Part shown: positions 57,033-64,000 of the stretch, piece after piece
Position numbering within the stretch: the first letter of the stretch is position 1
How the letters are laid out: every line of letters starts with the position of its first letter
Assembly: GCA_964496095.1 (NCBI GenBank)
Contig: CAZBWU010000001.1
Span: 121,474 to 185,473, forward strand
Source of the DNA: an uncultured Gammaproteobacteria bacterium
GTDB lineage: Bacteria; Patescibacteriota; Patescibacteriia; Magasanikbacterales; GWA2-37-8
Direction: 5' to 3'
DNA: 64,000 nucleotides
Notes under the pieces: model-generated
The model's database searches: none
Seen by the model: the letters and a program-made list of their open reading frames with translations, nothing else
Told to the model about the DNA's origin: nothing
Translations under genes and position numbers: made by a program

Positions 57033-58865
57033 ATGCGCAACTTTATCAAAAATTTCCTTATCGTTTTTATCGCACTTTTTCTGTTTGCCGGTGTTTGGGG
57101 TTATTTTAAATCTCAACAAAGTAAAAGTCCTGAGGTTGTCAGTATTAGTAAGATGGTAGAGGAGATTAAGTCAGGCCAAATTAAGCAAGTAATTGTAAAA
57201 GGTGATACGCTTAACATTACATTGAAAGATGAAAACGCCAAACCACAACAAGTAACTAAGGAAGCAAGCGCTACTTTTGATGAGCTTGCTAAAAATTATG
57301 GCATCAGCGCTGAGCAGTTGACTGCTTTGGGAGTAGAAGTAAAAGAGGATGCTTCTTGGAAATTCTGGGTAGGAAATTTGTTGCCGATTTTGTTGCCTTT
57401 AGCTATTTTTATATTATTCTTTTATTTCATGACTCGTGGAGTACAAGGAATGAATAACAAAGCGATGGGTTTTGGTCAGAGCAATCCTCGTCAGACTAAT
57501 CCTGATGATAAAAACAAAAAAACTTTTGCTGATGTCGCTGGTGCTAAAGAAGCCAAGCAAGAGTTGGTTGAAATAGTGGATTTCTTAAAAGATCCAAAAA
57601 AGTTTACTGACATGGGCGCTAAGATTCCTAAGGGTGTGTTATTGGTTGGTACTCCTGGTACTGGTAAAACATTGCTCGCTAAGGCGGTAGCCGGTGAAGC
57701 TAATGTGCCTTTCTTCAATATGTCTGGTTCAGAATTTGTCGAGATGTTTGTTGGTGTGGGCGCTTCTCGTGTGCGTGATTTATTTTCTAAAGCCAAAAAA
57801 GATGCCCCGGCAATTGTGTTTATCGATGAAATTGATGCGGTTGGCAGACGTCGTGGTGCCGGTCTTGGCGGTGGTCATGATGAAAGAGAGCAAACTCTCA
57901 ATCAAATTTTGGTTGAGATGGATGGTTTTGATCCAAACTTGGGAGTAATTGTGATGGCCGCGACCAATCGTCCAGATGTACTTGACCCGGCTCTTCTTCG
58001 TCCAGGTCGTTTTGATAGACGTGTGACACTTGATTTACCTGATATTAATGATCGCACCGAAATTTTGGGTATTCATGCCAAGAACAAACCTTTGGAAGAA
58101 GGCGTGTCTTTGCGTAAGGTAGCTGAACGTACTCCCGGATTTTCCGGAGCTGATTTGGCAAATCTTCTTAATGAAGCTGCTATCTTGGCTGTACGCCAAG
58201 GCAAGAAAAGAGTAAGTGAACTTAACATTTTAGAAAGTATTGAAAAAGTTCTGCTTGGACCTGAGAGAAAAAATCGTATTATTAGTGATCAAGAGAAAAA
58301 GATGACAGCTTATCATGAAGCTGGTCATGCGGTAGTTGGCCATTTCTTGCCAAACGGTGATCCTGTTAGAAAGGTCTCTGTGATTTCTCGCGGTCAAGCC
58401 GGCGGTTATACTCTCAAGATGCCAACTGAAGATAAACACTATCATACTCTTGCTCAATTCAAAGATGAATTAGCAATGATGATGGGTGGTTATGTAGTAG
58501 AGAAGTTAATCTTTGGCGACCAGATGCTTTCAACCGGCCCTTCTTCTGATTTAACCAACGCTACCAAGGTGGCTTATGATATGGTAGTGCGTTATGGTAT
58601 GAGCGCTATGGGTCCTAGAACTTTTGGCGATCAGCAAGAAATGGTTTTCTTGGGTAGAGAAATCTCTGAACAAAGAAATTATAGCGAGAAGACAGCCGAA
58701 GGCATTGACAGAGAAGTAGGTGAGCTGCTAGCAGAAGCTGAGAAGCGCGCCAAGCAGGTGGTAGAAAGTCATCGTCCACAAATGGAAGAAATGGTAAAGG
58801 AATTAATGGAAAAAGAAACAATAGAGCAAGATGATATAAATAGAATTCTCGGGCCAAGACAATAA
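57033..58865 (+). CDS. ftsH: ATP-dependent zinc metalloprotease FtsH
   Basis: AAA+ GPPGTGKT; SRH; HEAGHAVV zinc site. Confidence 0.97.
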   Translation: MRNFIKNFLIVFIALFLFAGVWGYFKSQQSKSPEVVSISKMVEEIKSGQIKQVIVKGDTLNITLKDENAKPQQVTKEASATFDELAKNYGISAEQLTALGVEVKEDASWKFWVGNLLPILLPLAIFILFFYFMTRGVQGMNNKAMGFGQSNPRQTNPDDKNKKTFADVAGAKEAKQELVEIVDFLKDPKKFTDMGAKIPKGVLLVGTPGTGKTLLAKAVAGEANVPFFNMSGSEFVEMFVGVGASRVRDLFSKAKKDAPAIVFIDEIDAVGRRRGAGLGGGHDEREQTLNQILVEMDGFDPNLGVIVMAATNRPDVLDPALLRPGRFDRRVTLDLPDINDRTEILGIHAKNKPLEEGVSLRKVAERTPGFSGADLANLLNEAAILAVRQGKKRVSELNILESIEKVLLGPERKNRIISDQEKKMTAYHEAGHAVVGHFLPNGDPVRKVSVISRGQAGGYTLKMPTEDKHYHTLAQFKDELAMMMGGYVVEKLIFGDQMLSTGPSSDLTNATKVAYDMVVRYGMSAMGPRTFGDQQEMVFLGREISEQRNYSEKTAEGIDREVGELLAEAEKRAKQVVESHRPQMEEMVKELMEKETIEQDDINRILGPRQ

Positions 58866-58881
58866 AATTAGCTAGTAGTAC

Positions 58882-58934
58882 AAAAAACGTCCTTATTGTA
58901 AGGGCGTTTTTGTTTGTCTAAAGTTGTGTTATAA
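58882..58934 (+). promoter_or_regulatory. ftsH terminator hairpin (AACGTCCTT...AAGGGCGTT + T-run) followed by extended -10 TGtTATAAT
   Basis: Read directly. Confidence 0.55.
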
Positions 58935-58972
58935 TATAGCAAGCTTAATTATTTCGCTCACTCATTTTGTAT

Positions 58973-59941
58973 ATGAAAGAACCAACATATCGTCAAACTC
59001 TTGGGTATGCCTGGGAAGCGGTTTGGCATAATAAAATTTTATGGGTATTTGGTCTGTTGTCTGTATTTTTAGGGCAATTAGGTTTTAGCGATATTTTTGG
59101 TAAAATTTGGTCCGTGCTTGATGCGAGCAGTTTGGCTGAGGATAATATTAGTATCTTGTCAACCTTTAATATTAGTATTCCGGTAGGTGTTTGGAATATT
59201 TTGGGTATAGTTTGGTTAACAATAATTTGTGTATCAATAGCGGTGACGGTTGTTTTTTTGGCAGTCACTTCTCAGGGAGCTTTGATTTCGTATTCAGCCG
59301 ATTGGTTCAAAACTCGTAAGCATAAAGAAATAGATAAATCTTGGCATAATAGTGTTAAGCATTTTTGGAATATTTTATTAATAAATTTGGTCCGCCAAGC
59401 AATCCTTCTGGGTTTGCTTGTTGGTTTTGTGTTTGTTGCTAAATATTTTTTTAGTTCACAATCTTGGTCGCAAGGATTATTGTTTGCTTTAGCCTCGTTT
59501 TTAGCCTTATTTATTTCTTTATTCTTATCTGTTTTTTCAGTTTATACTTTATGTTATGTAGTTTTAGATGGTAAAGGTTTAGTAAAATCTGTCAAAAAAG
59601 CTTGGCTCTTACTTTCTGATCACTTTTTAGTTTCTTTGGAAGTTGGCGTTGTCTTAATGCTCTTGAATTTACTTTTGGTGGCGGTTATTATTGGGGGGTC
59701 ATTTTTTGCCTTTTTACCAACTGCCTTTATTTGGATAGCTGCCGGTATTAGTAATTCTGTTTCCTTGGCAGTTTTAGGATTAATTTTCGGTATATTTTTA
59801 GTCTTGTTATTTATTGTTTTGGTTGCAGGGTTGTTTAACGCATTTACAACTAGCGCTTGGGTTTTCTTGTTTATTAAAATGCATAAAGAAGGTATTTCTA
59901 GTCGCTTAGTTCATTATGTAAAGCACATGTTTTCTAGATAA
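58973..59941 (+). CDS. Hypothetical polytopic membrane protein
   Basis: 7-8 TM helices; conserved CTCACTCATTTTGTATATG start motif; TTG at 58967 is an alternative start. Confidence 0.55.
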   Translation: MKEPTYRQTLGYAWEAVWHNKILWVFGLLSVFLGQLGFSDIFGKIWSVLDASSLAEDNISILSTFNISIPVGVWNILGIVWLTIICVSIAVTVVFLAVTSQGALISYSADWFKTRKHKEIDKSWHNSVKHFWNILLINLVRQAILLGLLVGFVFVAKYFFSSQSWSQGLLFALASFLALFISLFLSVFSVYTLCYVVLDGKGLVKSVKKAWLLLSDHFLVSLEVGVVLMLLNLLLVAVIIGGSFFAFLPTAFIWIAAGISNSVSLAVLGLIFGIFLVLLFIVLVAGLFNAFTTSAWVFLFIKMHKEGISSRLVHYVKHMFSR

Positions 59942-59949
59942 ATAATTGT

Positions 59950-61680
59950 ATGAGTGATTTTCCTTCAATTAATAATTTGCTCGGTAAGTCTGCAAAAAGT
60001 ACTGCAAATACAAATAGTACTTTGCCAAGCGTCAGCGATGGCGCTGAAGAAAAATTTGATAAAAAGATTCATCAGATGGATCTTAAAAATAAAGAGGATT
60101 TGGTTGTTCAGCAAGCCGCTTCTATTGGTTTACCTCATATTGATTTAACCTCTTTTCCTATTACTGTGGAGGCTTTAAGAACAATTCCTGAAAAAGATGC
60201 TTTATCTCAAAAAGTTATTTGTTTTTTTAATGTGCCGGAAGAAATTAGACTAGCCTGTTTAGATTTTAATGATCAAATAAAAGAGTTGGCGTATCAGTTG
60301 GGCGAAAAATATCATGCTAACACTAAAGTTTATTTAATTTCTGAAAATAGTTTTACCAAAGCCATGAAGCTGTATAAGAATTTGCCCGTCGTAAAACCAA
60401 TCAGCAAAGATATAAATATTACCGATGAAGAGTTAGAAAAGTTTAAATCAGGTGTGATTGATTTTAGAAGTCTGGAGAAGCAGTTTTTAAATGTTTCTAT
60501 TAGTGATATTTTGACGCTGATGATTGCGGCGGCTCTCAAAGTTGACTCGTCAGATGTGCATGTGGAAGCCGAGGAAAACGGTATTATGGTTCGCTATCGT
60601 ATTGACGGCGTATTACACGACGTCGCTACTTTGCCAAAAGACCAATGGAAAAAGTTTATTTCTCGTATCAAACTTTTGGCAGCTTTGAAAATAAATATTG
60701 AAGACCGCCCACAGGATGGTCGTGTGACTTTGAAGTTATCTTCGGGCAGTCTCGATGTCCGTGTTTCTACTATGCCCACTATTTATGGTGAGAGTGTGGT
60801 GATGAGAATTTTGCACAGCGGTAATAAAGGTGTTACCTTTGACGAGTTAGGGCTTCGTGGTGATGCCTACGCCAAATTAAAAAAAGAAGTGGAGCGTCCA
60901 AATGGGATGATTATTACAACCGGTCCGACTGGAAGCGGAAAGACTACTACCATGTATGCTATTCTGCGTTCTCTTAATAAACCGGGTGTAAAAATTATTA
61001 CTTTGGAAGATCCGGTAGAAATTAAAATTGACGGCATTAATCAAAGCCAGGTAGATACTAGTCATGATTATACCTTTGCTAAAGGTTTGCGTAGTTTGTT
61101 ACGTCAAGATCCAGATATTTGTCTGGTTGGTGAAATCCGTGATTTAGAAACAGCTGAGATTTCAATCCAGGCAGCTTTAACCGGGCACTTAATGCTTTCT
61201 ACTATTCATACCAACAGCGCATCGGGAACTGTGCCAAGATTTTTGTCTATGGGTGTGAAGCCGTTTTTGTTGGCGCCGGCGCTTAACTCGGTGATTGGAC
61301 AGAGATTAGTTCGTAAGGTTTGTCCGCATTGTCAGGAAGAGGATAAGCTATCTTCGGAAGACATGGAAAGAATTATGAAAAATTTGGAGACTTTACCGGA
61401 AGTAGAAAAAAAGAATGTTGATTTTAAAAATTTGAAATTTTATAAAGGCAAAGGTTGTCAGCAGTGCAGTGGTTTGGGTTATAAAGGGAGAATTGGGATT
61501 TATGAAATTTTTATCATGAATAAAGAATTGGAACAGGTGATTTTGGGTAGCCAAATTTCAGAGTATATTATTCAAGATTGGGCGGTAAAAAATGGAATGG
61601 TGACGATGGTACAGGATGGACTGCTCAAAGCTTTAGATAAAATTACAACAGTAGAGGAAGTATTTAGAGTTATTGAGTAG
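59950..61680 (+). CDS. Type IV pilus / type II secretion assembly ATPase (PilB/GspE family)
   Basis: GPTGSGKTTT Walker A; Asp and His boxes; C-terminal CxxC...CxxC. Confidence 0.9.
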   Translation: MSDFPSINNLLGKSAKSTANTNSTLPSVSDGAEEKFDKKIHQMDLKNKEDLVVQQAASIGLPHIDLTSFPITVEALRTIPEKDALSQKVICFFNVPEEIRLACLDFNDQIKELAYQLGEKYHANTKVYLISENSFTKAMKLYKNLPVVKPISKDINITDEELEKFKSGVIDFRSLEKQFLNVSISDILTLMIAAALKVDSSDVHVEAEENGIMVRYRIDGVLHDVATLPKDQWKKFISRIKLLAALKINIEDRPQDGRVTLKLSSGSLDVRVSTMPTIYGESVVMRILHSGNKGVTFDELGLRGDAYAKLKKEVERPNGMIITTGPTGSGKTTTMYAILRSLNKPGVKIITLEDPVEIKIDGINQSQVDTSHDYTFAKGLRSLLRQDPDICLVGEIRDLETAEISIQAALTGHLMLSTIHTNSASGTVPRFLSMGVKPFLLAPALNSVIGQRLVRKVCPHCQEEDKLSSEDMERIMKNLETLPEVEKKNVDFKNLKFYKGKGCQQCSGLGYKGRIGIYEIFIMNKELEQVILGSQISEYIIQDWAVKNGMVTMVQDGLLKALDKITTVEEVFRVIE

Positions 61681-61689
61681 CAATTAGCA

Positions 61690-61790
61690 AAAGACTAATT
61701 TTATTGCGTCCAAACAGCCACTCGCTTGGGCGAGCAGCTGCCTCTGCGGAGGTTGGTGATGGACGCTACCAAAATTAGTCTTTTTTTGTT
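61690..61790. repeat. Nested-hairpin element, second copy of the GCGTCCAAA...GGTTGGTGATGGACGC core; followed by T7 (probable terminator of the ATPase gene)
   Basis: Outer stem AAGACTAATTTTATTGCGTCC/GGACGC..AAAATTAGTCTT; inner hairpins of different sequence but same layout as 56920. Confidence 0.6.
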
Positions 61791-61812
61791 AAACTTTAGG
61801 TAAGTTTATTGT

Positions 61813-63894
61813 ATGGATTTAAATACAAAAATATCTGAATTGGGTAAAGTTGGCAAAAAAGTAGCCAAACTTTTTGATTCTCTTGGTGTAAAAAAAGCCA
61901 AGGATTTGTTGTATTATTTTCCTTTTAGGTATGAAGATTATAGGCAAATAGTTTCAGTCGCGGATTTAAAGGAAGGAGAGTTGGTTACTATTTGTGTGCA
62001 AGTAGAACTTGTGGCCAATAAGCGAAGTTTTAAAAGTAGAAGAATGATTACTGAGGCGTTAGTGTCAGACAAGAGTGGAAGTGTCAGAGTGAAATGGTTT
62101 AATCAGCCGTATATAATTAAAAATATAAAGACAGGGGATGTAATTTATCTTTCAGGGAAAGTAAAATCTGATATGTTGGGGCCGCAGTTGGTCAGTCCGC
62201 TTTATGAAAAGTACAAGAAAGAAACAACCCATACCGCTCGCTTAGTGCCGATATATCCGCTTACAAAAAGTTTAACTCAAAAGCAGGTAAGATTTTTGAT
62301 GAATGAAGTGGTTGGTTTGTTAGAGAAGATTGAAGATTGGTTGCCAAAAAATATCTTGGAGTTTGCTGATCTAACACCGCTTGCCAATGCTTTACGAGGA
62401 ATTCATTTCCCGACTGACGAGCATGAATTAAAATTGAGCGAGGATAGATTAAAATTTGATGAGTTATTTTTGGTGCAGATGAAAGCCGAATTGGCCAAAA
62501 AGGGTAAGGAGTTATTGCGAGCGCCAAATATTATTTTTCAAGAAGAAAAAATTAAACAGTTTGTATCGTCTCTGCCTTTTTCTCTTACTAAATCGCAGAA
62601 AGTTTCCGCTTGGGAAATTCTACAAGATATAAACAAAAATTCGCCAATGAACCGTTTGGTTTCGGGGGATGTGGGGTCTGGCAAGACAGTCGTAGCGGCC
62701 ATGGCTATGTATGATGTTTTTCTAAATGACTATCAGGCGGTGATAATGGCGCCAACTGAAATTTTGGCCTTTCAGCACTATCAATCCTTAGTAAAATTAT
62801 ATAAAGGATTAAATATTACCGTGGCTTTGCTTACGGGCAACCAGATGCAAATCAATGACCAAGTTGAACCTGAGAAGATTAGTAAAAAAGTTTTTTTAGA
62901 GCAAATAAAAAATGGGAACATAAATATTATTGTGGGTACGCATGCTTTGCTTTCAGACAATGTTATCTTTAAAAAATTGGGATTGGTGGTTGTGGACGAG
63001 CAGCACCGTTTCGGGGTAGAACAAAGAAAGTTAATAAAAACCAAAGGCACGGGGGCGCATTTTTTGAGTATGACCGCTACCCCTATTCCTCGATCGTTGG
63101 CCCTGATGATTTATGGTGATTTGGATGTTTCTATTATCAATGAATTGCCACCAGGCAGAAAAACTATTATCACTAAACTGGTAGAGCCTATTAAACGCGA
63201 CAAGGCTTACCAGTTTATTCGGGAGCAAGTAAAACAAGGCAGGCAAGTATTTGTTATTTGTCCGCTTATTGAAGTAGCTGACACTGAAGGGCAGACTTTG
63301 ATATTTGGTGCTGAGGACAAAAAAAGTGTTTTAAGCGAGTATGAAAAATTATCAAAGCAAACCTTTCCTGATTTAAGGGTTGGGTTTTTGCATGGGAAGT
63401 TAAAGCCAAAAGAAAAAGACGAGGTAATGGGGAAATTTAAAAATGGCGAAATAGATTTACTTGTTTCTACTTCGGTGGTGGAGGTAGGCGTGGATATCCC
63501 TAATGCTAGCGTGATGATGATAGAAGGGGCGCAGAGTTTTGGTTTGGCACAGTTACACCAGTTTCGTGGTCGGGTTGGGCGGTCTGTGCATCAGTCTTAC
63601 TGTTTGTTATTTACGGCTTCTAGCTCGGTCAAATCAATGGAAAGGTTAAAATTTTTTGAACAGCACAATGACGGGTTTCAACTCGCTGAAAAAGATTTGG
63701 AAGTACGTGGGCCGGGAGAAGTCTATGGTACAGAGCAGAGTGGAGAAATAGGTTTGCGTCTGGCTAAATTAACTGATAGAGAACTGATAAAAAAAGCGCG
63801 CGAGGCGGCAAAAATTGCTATGGAAAATATAAAAGACAACCCGAAATTGTTAGCAAGGGTGAAAGATTGGAAGAAGGAAACGCATTTGGAGTAA
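61813..63894 (+). CDS. recG: ATP-dependent DNA helicase RecG
   Basis: Wedge domain, helicase motifs GDVGSGKT, DEQHRFG. Confidence 0.93.
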   Translation: MDLNTKISELGKVGKKVAKLFDSLGVKKAKDLLYYFPFRYEDYRQIVSVADLKEGELVTICVQVELVANKRSFKSRRMITEALVSDKSGSVRVKWFNQPYIIKNIKTGDVIYLSGKVKSDMLGPQLVSPLYEKYKKETTHTARLVPIYPLTKSLTQKQVRFLMNEVVGLLEKIEDWLPKNILEFADLTPLANALRGIHFPTDEHELKLSEDRLKFDELFLVQMKAELAKKGKELLRAPNIIFQEEKIKQFVSSLPFSLTKSQKVSAWEILQDINKNSPMNRLVSGDVGSGKTVVAAMAMYDVFLNDYQAVIMAPTEILAFQHYQSLVKLYKGLNITVALLTGNQMQINDQVEPEKISKKVFLEQIKNGNINIIVGTHALLSDNVIFKKLGLVVVDEQHRFGVEQRKLIKTKGTGAHFLSMTATPIPRSLALMIYGDLDVSIINELPPGRKTIITKLVEPIKRDKAYQFIREQVKQGRQVFVICPLIEVADTEGQTLIFGAEDKKSVLSEYEKLSKQTFPDLRVGFLHGKLKPKEKDEVMGKFKNGEIDLLVSTSVVEVGVDIPNASVMMIEGAQSFGLAQLHQFRGRVGRSVHQSYCLLFTASSSVKSMERLKFFEQHNDGFQLAEKDLEVRGPGEVYGTEQSGEIGLRLAKLTDRELIKKAREAAKIAMENIKDNPKLLARVKDWKKETHLE

Positions 63895-63895
63895 T

Positions 63896-64000
63896 TGTGT
63901 TTTTGTCATTCCGAACCCTTTACGGGGTGAGGAATCTCTGTCCAGTTCAATCGTTGTCATCCTCGACTTGATCGGGGATCTAACGTCCAGTTGAATTGTC
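63896..64000. repeat. TGTCAT(T/C)CC palindromic repeats (two units; hairpin GATCCTCGacttgaTCGGGGATC related to 38064-38086) and direct repeat GTCCAGTTSAAT
   Basis: Read directly; truncated by window end. Confidence 0.45.

Noticed and set aside
1-64000. CRISPR arrays, rRNA genes, obvious IS transposases, toxin-antitoxin or restriction-modification modules
   Set aside because: No regularly spaced direct repeats with unique spacers, no rRNA-like conserved stretches, and no transposase or integrase-like ORFs were seen. The repeats present are palindromic and hairpin elements rather than CRISPR.

Overview
Low-GC (~35-40%) bacterial chromosome segment with the gene content and architecture of a Candidate Phyla Radiation / Patescibacteria-type genome: giant repeat-rich surface proteins, reduced repair genes, and no L30 in the ribosomal protein operon. 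Only a plus-strand six-frame reading was possible; there were no searches and no folding calculations.

Gene content, in order:
- A 5'-truncated giant BNR/Fn3 surface protein.
- A MacB-like ABC ATPase carrying a novel duplicated C-terminal module, its FtsX-type permease, and an orphan Phd/YefM-like acidic protein.
- tuf and rpsJ.
- An unusual 500-bp spacer holding its own promoter, a conserved structured leader RNA and an attenuator-like terminator.
- The conserved r-protein operon from rplC to rplO (no L30), then secY, adk and map.
- ruvX; a soluble MgtE-N/CBS protein next to an NRAMP-family transporter; recO; asnS; tRNA-Leu(CAA).
- A TrmB regulator (minus strand) with a NitT/TauT-type ABC transporter.
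- parA and parB; relA/spoT (minus strand); gyrA (minus strand).
- An accessory island of secreted proteins: NHL repeats with PG-binding modules, Calx-beta proteins, and a CAP/SCP protein.
- uvrB, uvrA, a GerMN protein and uvrC; rpsA; ftsH; a membrane protein; a GspE/PilB ATPase; recG.

Non-coding and anomalous signals:
- An ~85-nt structured RNA motif occurs twice, upstream of rplC and of rpsA, with compensatory base changes between the copies.
- A pyrimidine-rich motif, CTCACTCATTTCGNNTATG, replaces a Shine-Dalgarno sequence in front of four genes.
- Nested-hairpin palindromic intergenic elements fall into several families, including one with a GCGTCCAAA...GGTTGGTGATGGACGC core and one with TGTCAT terminal inverted repeats.
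- A second copy of the last 11 codons of rpsJ sits in the spacer, differing from the original by synonymous changes only.
- Three short GC-rich islands of foreign composition are present; one carries an intact actinobacterial-style lipoprotein ORF.
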